This document shows positions 28,926 to 38,977 of a stretch of 64,000 nt of DNA, in pieces (position 1 is the first letter of the stretch; the number at the start of each line of letters is the position of its first letter). Source of the stretch: Candidatus Latescibacterota bacterium (GTDB taxonomy: Bacteria; Latescibacterota; UBA2968; UBA8231); the NCBI GenBank assembly GCA_965215195.1, contig CBDCDC010000002.1:2976001-3040000 (forward strand), in the 5' to 3' direction. The notes under the pieces were generated by a model that searched no databases, was not told the DNA's origin, and saw only the letters and a list, made by a program, of their open reading frames with translations. The translations under genes were made by a program, and so were the position numbers.

Positions 28926-29069
28926 ATGCGCGAAAACAAGACCGTCCAGACGCCCTCCATGCGCGATTTTGACCGCATGATTGCCAAAGCTCGCCAACAG
29001 GCTAGGCAAGCCGGAATGAAACGGTCGGATGTTGCCGCCGCCGTTTCCCGGGTCCGAGCGGCAAAATGA
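28926..29069 (+). pseudogene. Remnant resembling the C-terminal half of an AbrB/MazE-type antitoxin
   Basis: Read by hand: MRENKTVQTPSMRDFDRMIAKARQQARQAGMKRSDVAAAVSRVRAAK*, with AGGAG RBS. No AbrB DNA-binding strand and no toxin downstream. Confidence 0.5.
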
Positions 29070-29086
29070 AAGAGGCAACAACATCG

Positions 29087-29929
29087 ATGTCCCCACAAGA
29101 CCCGAAAGAAAACTTCGACCAGCTCATCCGCGACGGCTACTGCTTGGTAGAAGACGTCCTTGACGCCGACATCCTCCACCGCCTGCGCCAAGTCACCGAC
29201 CAGCTCCTCGACGCCCAAAGCCAAGCAAACCGCACCCAACAGCGCTCCACCGGCAGCATGATCGATGTGGGTGTCCACCCCATCTTCGCCGAACTCGTGG
29301 CCTATCCGCCCGCTCACGCCGCGCTCGAAACCTTGGGCTTTCTGCGCCCTCGGTGGATGTCCGGCTACGTCATCAGCAAACCGCCCAACAGCCCGGCGCT
29401 CTTTTGGCATCAGGACTGGTGGGGCTGGGACGATCCTTCGAGCTATACGCCCCTGCCCCAGCAGCTTTTTTTGATGTACTATCTCGTCGATACCACGCCC
29501 CACAACGGCTGCCTGCGCCTGTTGCGCGGCTCGCACCTGAAGCGCCACCGCATGCACGACGAAGTGCCCAACGCGCACACCGACGAGCTCCGCTGCGTGG
29601 CCGATCCCGATCATCCGGCCTATCAGTCGATCCCCGAAGAAGTGGATGTACCTGTGGCGGCGGGCGATGTGGTCATCGGCGATTCGCGGCTATTGCACTC
29701 GGCCCACGCCAACAAATCGGCCCAGCGGCGCACCGTCATTACCCTGTGGTATTTCCCGTACTTCGACCTGCTCTCCGACGGCCTCCGCGCCGCCGTGGCC
29801 CGTCCCCGCGAATGGGTCGGCTGGGACGACGAAGATAGAGCACGGGTTGCCGATCTCTTGCCCGCCTATGAGGGCCCTGCGGCGCCCGTGCCTTGGAACC
29901 GGATGCCGGGCCGCGCTCTCACTCACTAA
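29087..29929 (+). CDS. PhyH family dioxygenase
   Basis: WHQD, NGCLRLLRGSH, LLHSAHAN..RR. Confidence 0.9.
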   Translation: MSPQDPKENFDQLIRDGYCLVEDVLDADILHRLRQVTDQLLDAQSQANRTQQRSTGSMIDVGVHPIFAELVAYPPAHAALETLGFLRPRWMSGYVISKPPNSPALFWHQDWWGWDDPSSYTPLPQQLFLMYYLVDTTPHNGCLRLLRGSHLKRHRMHDEVPNAHTDELRCVADPDHPAYQSIPEEVDVPVAAGDVVIGDSRLLHSAHANKSAQRRTVITLWYFPYFDLLSDGLRAAVARPREWVGWDDEDRARVADLLPAYEGPAAPVPWNRMPGRALTH

Positions 29930-30676
29930 ACGAGGAGCTTTGCTATGCACACCGACTCGATCTTGTTGGACGATAGCCGCATGCAGTCTTTCATCGCCGA
30001 CGGCTATACAGTAGTAGAAACGGATTTGCCCGCGGATTTTCACCAATCCGTCTATCGGCAAATAGAGGAGGTCTTGGCGGCCGAGGGCAATCCGGGCAAT
30101 AACCTATTGCCCCGCGTCCCGGACTTGCAGCAGGTGTTCGACCAACCCCAAGTGGCGGGTGCCCTGACCAGTATCTTGGGGCCGGGGTACTATTTGCATC
30201 CGCACCGGTTCTGCCATTTCAACAAGCCGGGTTCGGAGGGGCAAAGGCTGCACAAGGATAGCTGGAGTCGGCGGCACCACCGGCCGCGCTGGGCCATGGC
30301 CTTTTACTATCCGCAGGACACGCCGGCCGAGCGCGGACCCACTGGCGTTGTCCCCGGCAGCCACTACCACAATCGCCTCGACCGAGGGGCTGAGGAGCGG
30401 GAAATTGCGCTTGCGGGGGCGGCCGGGACGGTCGCCATTGTCCACTACGACTTGTGGCACCGGGCCACGCCCAATAGCAGCGGGCAGCATCGCTATATGG
30501 TCAAATTCCTCTTTGTCCGCCTCGAAGAGCCAGACGGGCCTAGTTGGGATGCGACCGGGGAGTCTTGGGCTGGGAACGGACGTGCCGCAGCACCCATCTG
30601 GCACAGTATGTGGGAATGGTACGGCGGCCGCTCCAAGGGCCTTGCCGCGGATAGCGGCGAGCGGTCGGCGCTACTA

Positions 30677-31561
30677 ACCAATGGTGCTAGTGGGCTACAA
30701 GCTAAATTCCGCGATGGACAACGGGACGAATCCATTTTCATCCGGTTGCAATCCATGCCACTGTGCCAGCAGGTTAAAGGCGGCCATGGCCGCGCTCAGA
30801 TGCGCTCTAAAGTAGGCCCAAGCTCGATGGGTCTGTCGCTTGAACCGGCCGATGCGGGTCAGCATCGAAAAGACGGTCTCGATGACCATCCGGTCGCCCC
30901 AGGTTTTGCGGGGACACACTTTCAGATTAGCCGGATCACCTTCTTTGGCATGAAAGCCTTGGTCGCTGAGGAGGATCATCTGCTCTTCGTAGCGACCAAT
31001 CATCGGGTGAAAGACCGAATCGTGGACATTGGCCGTGTTACAATCCCAATCGACGATCAAGCCCCACTGGTTGACGATCAAGCCCAGCTTGCCGCCGACG
31101 ATCCAGCGGTGATTGGACAACCCTTTCTGGCCGATAGGGTGAGCGGAGCGGCCTTCGCGTACTGGATGGATCAACTCGATGCCATAGCTATCGATCACGC
31201 CTAAGGGGGTGGGGTCCGCTCGAAAGCGATCGGTCCAGTCCGCATGGGCGACAAACAGGCGGAACAAGCGGGTGCGTTCGGGCAGGCGCGGGAAAAAGGC
31301 GCGCCAATCGCGCGCTACCCAGCGATAAAACGCCCGTTTGCCGTCCCCTTTGAGCGCATATAGAACCGCCAGGGTCACCGTTTCGCTGGGATATAAGGCG
31401 GCTTGGGGGTGTTTGGGCACATCGCCCATCTGGTGGTCGATTCGACAGAACAGGGCTATTATAAACTCGGCCGTGGTCATGGGACGCTCCTTCGCTGAAA
31501 GGGGGGATACCCTCAGCGTAGGAACTACCTTGACCACGGTCAACTCACTAGCACCATTGGT
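30677..31561 (-). mobile_element. IS982-family insertion sequence, copy 1 (885 bp)
   Basis: Perfect 16-bp TIR ACCAATGGTGCTAGTG, 5-bp TSD TACTA at 30672-30676 and 31562-31566. Confidence 0.92.
30695..31480 (-). CDS. IS982-family DDE transposase (261 aa)
   Basis: VIDSYG, ANVHD, SDQGFH, RMVIETVFSML motifs, AAGGAG RBS. Confidence 0.88.
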   Translation of the reverse strand: MTTAEFIIALFCRIDHQMGDVPKHPQAALYPSETVTLAVLYALKGDGKRAFYRWVARDWRAFFPRLPERTRLFRLFVAHADWTDRFRADPTPLGVIDSYGIELIHPVREGRSAHPIGQKGLSNHRWIVGGKLGLIVNQWGLIVDWDCNTANVHDSVFHPMIGRYEEQMILLSDQGFHAKEGDPANLKVCPRKTWGDRMVIETVFSMLTRIGRFKRQTHRAWAYFRAHLSAAMAAFNLLAQWHGLQPDENGFVPLSIAEFSL

Positions 31562-32223
31562 TACTACAAGCGCTAGTGGGCGATTCCGAGGCGGCCAGTC
31601 AAGCGGCGGCCTATGCCCTTGGTCGCGCTGGCGAGCCAGCCGTGGGGCCGCTCATCGACTGTTTGCGCCAGGGATCAGAACACGTGCGACGCAACGCCGG
31701 CTACGGTTTGGCCGCGGCCGGTCCGGCCGCAGTTGAGGCGCTGGTGCAAGCCTGCGCTGACGACGATCCGGCCGTGCGGCTAGCGGCCGTCGACAGTTTG
31801 GGCGATATGGGTCGGGCGGGTGCCCCGGCGGTGCCGGCATTGCAGCGGGTGCTGAACGATGCGTCGGACAAAGTGCGGGGCCACGCGGCCGAAGCCTTGG
31901 GCACCATGGGCGCATTGCCCGCAGCGGTGCTGGAGGAACTGGCTGGGGTTTTGGGCGACGACGACGAATGGGTGCGGCGCAATGCGGCCTTGGGCTTGGC
32001 GCGGCTAGGGTCGGCTACCGAGGCCGTGCAGCCAGCCGTGGTGGCAGCCCTAGACGATCCCAACCGCTACGTCAGCGCCAAGGCGGCCAAGACCTTGGCG
32101 CGCATTGGGACGCCGGAGGCGACGGAGATTTTGTTCGACTATTTGTTCGCCGCCCGCTGGTGCTCCATCACCACTAAGCATACGCCGTATTAATAGATCG
32201 CCGCTAGCCGTTTAGGTGCAGGG

Positions 32224-32399
32224 CTAAGTACACGACACCTAAAGTAGACGCCACTTACTTTGAGTACGCATTTCGGGATCGAGGGCAAGATGCCCTCGGT
32301 CCTTGGCAGGCTGAGGTTCTGCTGTTTCCGATGTGTCCGGGATCGAGGGCGTCCCGCCCTCGGTCCTTGGCAGGCTGAGGGCTGGTGTCGTGTAGTAAG
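32224..32399 (-). mobile_element. MITE copy 2 (176 bp) with two REP-like hairpin units
   Basis: Same TIRs as copy 1. Flanks GGTGCAGGG / GGTGCAGTG (8/9, TSD-like). Internal unit GGGATCGAGGGC-N5-GCCCTCGGTCCTTGGCAGGCTGAGG is present twice. Confidence 0.8.
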
Positions 32400-32425
32400 G
32401 GTGCAGTGCTAAGATATAGCCGTAA

Positions 32426-32510
32426 AAATTGCAGAAGGTCATTGACGACGATCTCAAGGACCGCATTGCCTACAAAAACCTCGCCGCGCCAATCAAGCGC
32501 TTCAACCGGC
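32426..32510 (+). pseudogene. Short remnant resembling an amidohydrolase C-terminus
   Basis: KLQKVIDDDLKDRIAYKNLAAPIKRF with no start, directly beside the MITE. Confidence 0.35.
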
Positions 32511-32681
32511 GCACCCACCGCAGACGGTGTGCATTTACGATCCAGCGGAACTGTGGGCCGTCAATCCCGCCAATCCCGCACGCCTGAGAGGAGATGTCGT
32601 GGCTGATCCCAGAATCGCCAAGGCGGTATTCTACGACGGCGACTTGTGCCTCGGCGTCAGTATTATCTAGTAGGGCAAAAG

Positions 32682-34613
32682 ATGAAGACGGCGAGATCGT
32701 ATCCTCTACTCCTCCTGCTCAGTCTTTGCCCGCCCCTGCACGTGCAGGGGCTGACCATTTACCGCATTGGTGGGGCTGACCAACCGCCGCCCACGCTGGA
32801 CGTGCCCTATGAATTCGCACACGTGTCTTGGAGTGAAATTACCGCAAGCGGCCAGACCCAATCCCTGCAATTGCAGGCGGAATATATCGAGCCTAAGCAG
32901 CTAGAGGCCTCAGTCAATCTCATCCCGTCCCTTGTCGAAAACGGCGGTTTAATCCTCACCACCGGCGGCTACGATGGCTTGGTTGCGCCCGGCGAGAGCG
33001 AGTTGGTCTCTTGGGATGGCGACATTGAGACTGCTTACCAAGGGGACGAGACGGTTTCATGGCGGGGAATCTTCAACCGCCGGGAAAATAGGTCGGACCG
33101 GCCCTTCAAGTACTGGGTTTTCGATCTGGGGGGACGCTTCACTATCCAGAAGATCCGTTTCCATCCGAGGGATCGCTTCCGCTTTGAGCGCTTTGCGGAA
33201 AGTTTTATCGTCGGCGTTAGCGATGGCGATCCCTCCAAGGACGGGAATCGGGACCTCAAGGTCGCCGAGGAATTGGACTTCGACGAGGTTCACAACATCC
33301 GCGAAAACACAGACGCCGTGGTCGAACTGGAATTCCCCCGACGAGCAGTGCGCCAGCTCTTGTTTGCTGTCCGCCGCAATATCCGCAGTTTCTGGGAGAT
33401 CGCCGAAATCGAAATTTACGGGACCGGCTTCAGCGCCTTTGCCCGCTACGAATCCACTATTATCGATATAGGCCAGCCCCTCGTTTTAGGCCCCTTGGCT
33501 TGGGCCGGCGATCAGCCTCTGGGAACGAGTATCAAAGTGCGGACCCGGCTGGGCGATGACCCCGACCCCAACCTGTACTGGCGCACCACGTTTCGCGGCG
33601 AGGAGAAGACTCTTTTTGACCGCCAAGGTAGGTTGCTGACGCAGGAGACGTACGCGACCCTGCAATTGGGGGAACGCGCCGGCACGACCCACGATACCCG
33701 CAATTGGAGCGATTGGAGCGCCCCCATCGCCTTGGCTGCCGGGACCGGGCGCCCGATTGGGGACCGGCCGCGGCGCTTTGCTCAGGTGCGGGCCGATTTC
33801 CACTCGCAGCCCGAATCCGGCGGTCGCCTAAACTATCTGCAATTCGCCGCTTCCCAGCCCCGGGCGACACATATTGCTGCAGAGATTGTGCCGACACAGG
33901 TCCGCCCCGGCCAGACCACGTCTTTCACCTACAAGATGCTGCCCCATTTTGATGGCGATGAACCGGGATTCGACCAAGTGGAAATCGACACGCCTCGGCG
34001 CGCGGTGAGCGTCGATGCCGTGCGCATTGACGGGCGCGGCGAAGCCTTTGCCGTGGTCAGGCTGGATCAGTCGGGCTTTGCCGTGCAGATTCCCCACATC
34101 GACTTGCGGCGGACGCTAGATCTCATCGAAATCGACTTCAAGGCTCAGGTGTTTCAGTACGGCACTGTTTTCTCGGGGCGAGTTTCCGACAGTACTCAAC
34201 CCTACGAGGTGGCCCAAGCGGTGGTCGCGGGAGACGCGGATGTGCAAAATGACAGCGCGACGTTGCAGGTGGTCTTGGCGGACGTCGGCCTCGAGTCTAT
34301 CGGTCGGATGGAATTGGACTCGCCGATTTGTACGCCCAACAGCGACGGGGTCAACGACGAGATGCGCCTTGAATACGACTTGCTCAATCTGGCCGGCACG
34401 GCGCGCGTGTATGTCGATCTGTGCGATCTGAGCGGCCGCAAACTGTGGACCAGCGACCGGATTGCTCACTCGAGTGGCCGCTTTGCGGTGGCTTGGGATG
34501 GTCGCGACGACAGCGGTTTGCTGCTGCCGCCGGGGGTTTACCTGTTGCGCTTAGAGGTGGGAACTGATAAGGGAAAGGACCGCGTCAGCCGGATCGTTTC
34601 GCTGGTTTACTAG
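32682..34613 (+). CDS. Secreted discoidin-like FlgD-Ig domain protein (LTIYRIGG type)
   Basis: Collinear with 1487..3409 (GDDPDPNLYWRTTFRGEE, FTYKMLP, TPNSDGVND, WDGRDDSG..PPGVY). Confidence 0.8.
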   Translation: MKTARSYPLLLLLSLCPPLHVQGLTIYRIGGADQPPPTLDVPYEFAHVSWSEITASGQTQSLQLQAEYIEPKQLEASVNLIPSLVENGGLILTTGGYDGLVAPGESELVSWDGDIETAYQGDETVSWRGIFNRRENRSDRPFKYWVFDLGGRFTIQKIRFHPRDRFRFERFAESFIVGVSDGDPSKDGNRDLKVAEELDFDEVHNIRENTDAVVELEFPRRAVRQLLFAVRRNIRSFWEIAEIEIYGTGFSAFARYESTIIDIGQPLVLGPLAWAGDQPLGTSIKVRTRLGDDPDPNLYWRTTFRGEEKTLFDRQGRLLTQETYATLQLGERAGTTHDTRNWSDWSAPIALAAGTGRPIGDRPRRFAQVRADFHSQPESGGRLNYLQFAASQPRATHIAAEIVPTQVRPGQTTSFTYKMLPHFDGDEPGFDQVEIDTPRRAVSVDAVRIDGRGEAFAVVRLDQSGFAVQIPHIDLRRTLDLIEIDFKAQVFQYGTVFSGRVSDSTQPYEVAQAVVAGDADVQNDSATLQVVLADVGLESIGRMELDSPICTPNSDGVNDEMRLEYDLLNLAGTARVYVDLCDLSGRKLWTSDRIAHSSGRFAVAWDGRDDSGLLLPPGVYLLRLEVGTDKGKDRVSRIVSLVY

Positions 34614-35722
34614 CATTTTGCAAAAGGCATCTACATGACGGGATTTGGACGCTTCCTGTTAGTCTTGCTACTGACCCATATTCAAGAGGTCTGGGCCCAA
34701 GAGGCCGGCCACCGGGTCCGAGACAATCAGGTCGTCATCAACAGTCGCAACCACTGGCAAAACTGGACCTTTCCGCACGGCACCCTAGCCATTTCTCCAG
34801 AGGGAGCGGTGCAGGCGCAGCGCATTGAGAAAAATACCAATGCGGCCTTAGATATCGTCGATTACCTGCGCTTCAATCCTCCCGCCGCGCTAGGCGACAG
34901 GGAGCCCGAGACCATCGACTTGGCCGACGCCATTGAGGGTGGCTCTAATGTCGCCGACGTGGCCAAGGTATTCGACGGCGATATGACCACCTATTGGGAA
35001 CCTGCTCCCCCCAGCGATGCGATCGATTTGGCCGCGCAGTGGTGGTTTGTCGTCGATATGGGCCGCTTGGTCTTCGCTAAGAAACTCGTCGTGCGCTTTG
35101 TGGAGGAGAGCCTAGGCGATCCCTTTCTCCTCTTTGAGGTTCTAGTCTCCGATGGCCTTGAACCAAAGCGCTTGCAGGGGAGCGGAACGCGCGCCTTTGC
35201 GACTGTGCTGCGCACCTTGAGCAGAAACAAGAACCAGCGGGTCTTTGCCGTGGACCTGACTGGGCAGACCCCCACACTAGAGGCAGCTCCCGTGCGCTTT
35301 GTGCAGTTTCTGGTGACGGGTACCGCTGGACCGCTGGGAGCGGAAATTTCCCGTGCGGAATACGAAGCACTGGCCGCGGATCGGGGTGCCGTCCAGTACT
35401 TCAAGCGGCAGTTGAATGGCCGCGAAGTGCCCGTCGCGCAAAAAGTGTACGAGCTTCTCGACGAGGAGCGCCGGGGTGGCATCCGCTACTTCCGCCGGGA
35501 GCGGCCCCGCCTAGCCGAATTAGAGGTGTGGAACGAAGGGGACGAACTCGTCGCTGGCCTGCTGGAGCGCGGCGGCGTCATCGCCACTACGGCCGCGCAG
35601 ACCTTAGCCCTTAAGAGTTTGATCGATGGCGACTTGGCCAGTTTCAGCGGCATTTACTTTGGCGTCGAATCCGCGGTGGCCAATCCCGAAAAGGAGTTGG
35701 TCTTTGATCTAGGGGCTTTCTA

Positions 35723-36607
35723 ACCAATGGTGCTAGTGAGTTGACCGTGGTCAAGGTAGTTCCTACGCTGAGGGTATCCCCCCTTTCAGCGAAGGAGCGT
35801 CCCATGACCACGGCCGAGTTTATAATAGCCCTGTTCTGTCGAATCGACCACCAGATGGGCGATGTGCCCAAACACCCCCAAGCCGCCTTATATCCCAGCG
35901 AAACGGTGACCTTGGCGGTTCTGTATGCGCTCAAAGGGGGCGGCAAACGGGCGTTTTATCGCTGGGTAGCGCGCGATTGGCGCGCCTTTTTTCCGCGCCT
36001 GCCCGAGCGCACCCGCTTGTTCCGCCTGTTTGCCGCCCATGCGGACTGGACCGATCGCTTTCGAGCGGACCCCACCCCTTTAGGCGTGATCGATAGCTAT
36101 GGCATCGAGTTGATCCATCCAGTACGCGAAGGCCGCTCCGCTCACCCTATCGGCCGGAAAGGGCGGTCCAATCACCGCTGGATCGTCGGCGGCAAGCTGG
36201 GCTTGATCGTCAACCAATGGGGCTTGATCGTCGATTGGGATTGTAATACCGCCAATGTCCACGATACGGTCTTTCACCCGATGATTGGCCGCTACGAAGA
36301 GCAGATGATCCTCCTCAGCGACCAAGGCTTTCATGCCAAAGCCGGTGATCCGGCCAATCTGAAAGTGTGTCCCCGCAAAACGTGGGGCGAGCGTATGGTC
36401 ATCGAGACCGTCTTTTCCATGCTGACCCGCATCGGGCACTTCAAGCGACAGACCCATCGAGCCTGGGCCTACTTTAGAGCGCATCTGAGCTTTGCCATGG
36501 CCACCTTCAACCTGCTGGTTCAGTGGCACGGGTTGCAACCCGATGAAAATGGATTCGTCCGCTTGTCCATCGCGGAATTTAGCTTGTAGCCCACTAGCAC
36601 CATTGGT
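35723..36607 (+). mobile_element. IS982-family insertion sequence, copy 2 (885 bp)
   Basis: Same TIR, TSD TTCTA at 35718-35722 and 36608-36612. Internal promoter TTGACC-N17-TACGCT at 35741-35769. Confidence 0.92.
35804..36589 (+). CDS. IS982-family DDE transposase (261 aa)
   Basis: 12 amino-acid differences from copy 1 by manual comparison. Confidence 0.88.
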   Translation: MTTAEFIIALFCRIDHQMGDVPKHPQAALYPSETVTLAVLYALKGGGKRAFYRWVARDWRAFFPRLPERTRLFRLFAAHADWTDRFRADPTPLGVIDSYGIELIHPVREGRSAHPIGRKGRSNHRWIVGGKLGLIVNQWGLIVDWDCNTANVHDTVFHPMIGRYEEQMILLSDQGFHAKAGDPANLKVCPRKTWGERMVIETVFSMLTRIGHFKRQTHRAWAYFRAHLSFAMATFNLLVQWHGLQPDENGFVRLSIAEFSL

Positions 36608-38187
36608 TTCTATTGGATCGATACCTATCGGCTGGCCTATAGCGGCCTCGGAGGAACTCGCTTCGGCTCTTTTCTCAACTATCGGATCGGCTTTTCCGAC
36701 GGCTCTCTAGCCGCTGACGGCGAACTCAAATGGACCACTCGGGCCACCAAGAGCCAGCGTCAAACCGCCCGCGGCGCGGCCCCGAAAGCTCGCTTTGAAG
36801 GCACCCAATTCGAGCCGATCAAAGCCCGCTTTGCCCGCATTCAGTGGACCATGGAGCTCATCGGTGCCCAGATCGCCACCATGGCGGAGATGCAGCTATA
36901 CGGGGAGGGTTTCCAGCCGGAAGTGAGCCTAGAATCCGACCTGATCCGGCTGGACGGCAGCCGCAACCTGCACACCATTGAGTGGGACGCCGACGAGCCA
37001 CCGGATACGCAAGTCCTGATCCAGACTCGCACTGGCGACGAGTTGGGTCAAAAACGCCACTACTTCAAAAACGACGGCACTGAAGTGACCGCGGAGCAGT
37101 ACGGCAAGCTGCTGTCGATCTTTAAGGGCGATATCGTCGCCGAGGAAGTGCCTAAGGGGAACTGGAGCGACTGGAGCGAGCCATATACCCGGGCCGAGGG
37201 CAGCCCTATTACCTCGCCGTCCCCGCGGCGATTCCTCAAAATTCGGGCAACCTTGCTGTCGGCCGACCCGGCTCTCAGTCCGATACTGCGCTCGGTCCGG
37301 CTCGATTTCTCCGACCCTGTGGCGCAGAGTTTGCGGGCCGAGATCGCGCCCTTTCAGGTGGATCGGCTCGGCGTTGAGCGCTCTTTTTCGCTCTATGTGC
37401 AGCCCCGCTTTGAGCGCCTAGACCCCGGCTTTGACGAGCTGCTCCTCACCGCCCCGGCCAATATGACGCTGAGCCTAGTCGGGGTCTTTGGCGGACGGGT
37501 GGATGAGTTCAACGCGGAGGCAGACGGAGTGCCGGCTCTGGAACGCGTGGAGGTGGTGCCGACGGCACCGGACTCGCTGCTAGTGCGCTTTCCCAGAGTT
37601 GGGCCCGGCAGCGCGATAGAGGTTCTGCGGCTCGATTTTGCCGCCGCCCTCTTTACCACGGGTGCCGTCTTGCAGGCGTCTCTGCGCAACAACGGGGGTA
37701 CTTGGCAGCGGGTCGACCCGGGCGATGTGCTGGCGCATGTCCCCGGCAATACCACTACGGTGGTTAGTTCCTTTAAGCCCCAAGCTCTGCTCGCGGATGT
37801 GGCAGTGCGCCCCGCTGTGTTTTCGCCCAATGGGGACGGGATCAACGACCGGACTTTTTTCCTTTTTAAGGTAGTGAGGGTGGAAGACGATAGTCCGGTG
37901 GAGGCCGCGGTTTGCCAGCTCAATGGCCGACGGGTGCGCGTCCTCGGCAGACAGCGGGCCCTAAGCGCCGGCTCGTATAAAATTAGCTGGGATGGACGGG
38001 ACGAGGACGGAGACCTAGTGCCTCCGGGCCTGTACTGCGTGCGCTTGCACATCCGGACCAATACGGCCGGAGCCGAGGTCGATAACAAGACCGTCCTGCG
38101 CACGGTGGCTGTCGCCTATTGACGGGGCCAAAACCTCGCCGCGCTAATCAGAGAGAGCACCGCCTAGCGGAACGGTGGGCCGTCAAT

Positions 38188-38247
38188 CTGTTCTGCGTTG
38201 GGAACCCGAATGGGATTGGCCCCGCGATACGTATAAAGAGCTTATAA
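38188..38247 (+). pseudogene. Remnant resembling the C-terminus of a three-Cys-motif partner (TcmP-like) gene
   Basis: LFCVGNPNGIGPAIRIKSL* ends 2 bp before the DUF5131 ATG, the usual partner position. Confidence 0.45.
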
Positions 38248-38249
38248 AT

Positions 38250-38966
38250 ATGTCCACGCACTCCAAAATCGAGTGGACCGAGACTACGTGGAATCCGGTG
38301 ACCGGTTGCACGAAAATCAGCCATGGCTGCAAGCATTGCTATGCCGAAAGGATGTCGCAAAGGCTGCAAGCGATGGGGGCCAAAAAATACAAACGCGGGT
38401 TTGCGGTTGCGGTCCACCCAGAAGCGGTTCGCGAGCCGATTAGCTGGAAGAAGCCTCGCCTGGTATTCGTCAATTCCATGTCTGATCTGTTCCATAAGTC
38501 CGTTCCCTCAGTCTTTATAGAGTCGGTATTTGCAACTATGAACGAGGCGTCTCAGCACACGTTCCAAGTGCTTACCAAACGTCCAGATCGCGTTGCGCGA
38601 CTCGATGGAAGGCTGAACTGGACGCCAAACATCTGGCTTGGCACGAGCATTGAATCTTCAAGATGGTTGGGGCGGATGGCACGGCTCAAGGAAACCGGGG
38701 CGCAGACGAAGTTCCTGTCTCTCGAACCTCTGCTCGGTCCTTTATCTGATATGGACTTAACGGGCATTGATTGGGTAATCGTCGGCGGTGAATCTGGTCC
38801 GGGTGCCCGGCCGATGAAAGCCGACTGGGTGCGAGCCATCCGCGACCACTGTGTGCGGAGCGATGTGCCGTTCTTCTTCAAACAATGGGGCGGCGTATTC
38901 AAGAAGAAGACGGGCCGGACGCTGGACAACAAAACGTGGAATCAAATGCCAAAGCCCTTTACCTAA
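38250..38966 (+). CDS. DUF5131 / phage Gp37-Gp68 family radical-SAM-like protein
   Basis: SKIEWTETTWNPVTGCTKISHGCKHCYAE, FVNSMSDLFH, WVIVGGESG, FFFKQWGG. Confidence 0.92.
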   Translation: MSTHSKIEWTETTWNPVTGCTKISHGCKHCYAERMSQRLQAMGAKKYKRGFAVAVHPEAVREPISWKKPRLVFVNSMSDLFHKSVPSVFIESVFATMNEASQHTFQVLTKRPDRVARLDGRLNWTPNIWLGTSIESSRWLGRMARLKETGAQTKFLSLEPLLGPLSDMDLTGIDWVIVGGESGPGARPMKADWVRAIRDHCVRSDVPFFFKQWGGVFKKKTGRTLDNKTWNQMPKPFT

Positions 38967-38977
38967 AAGGAGACGCC

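Larger units (their letters stand above)
29945..32193 (+). pseudogene. PhyH + HEAT-repeat fusion gene interrupted by IS982-family element
   Basis: Removing 30677..31561 and one TACTA copy gives ...RSALLQALVGDSEAASQAAAYALG... in frame (452 aa). LHKD/WHRA motifs, then HEAT repeats. Confidence 0.9.
34635..38122 (+). pseudogene. Large secreted double-discoidin FlgD-Ig protein interrupted by IS982-family element
   Basis: Removing 35723..36607 and one TTCTA copy gives ...LVFDLGAFYWIDTYRL...IQWTMELIG... in frame (865 aa). C-terminal FSPNGDGIND, WDGRDEDG..PPGLY. Confidence 0.9.
32475..38150. repeat. 21-bp direct repeat pair bracketing two FlgD-domain genes
   Basis: AAAACCTCGCCGCGCCAATCA at 32475-32495 and AAAACCTCGCCGCGCTAATCA at 38130-38150 (20/21). 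Confidence 0.7.

Noticed and set aside
29945-31204. 419-aa ORF as a genuine full-length protein
   Set aside because: Residues after about 244 are antisense IS982 sequence. The real gene continues at 31567.
30677-36607. Composite transposon formed by the two IS copies
   Set aside because: Each IS has its own matching TSD pair and interrupts a different gene.
36851-38122. 423-aa ORF (and 34635..35723) as independent genes
   Set aside because: They rejoin in frame once the IS and one TSD copy are removed.
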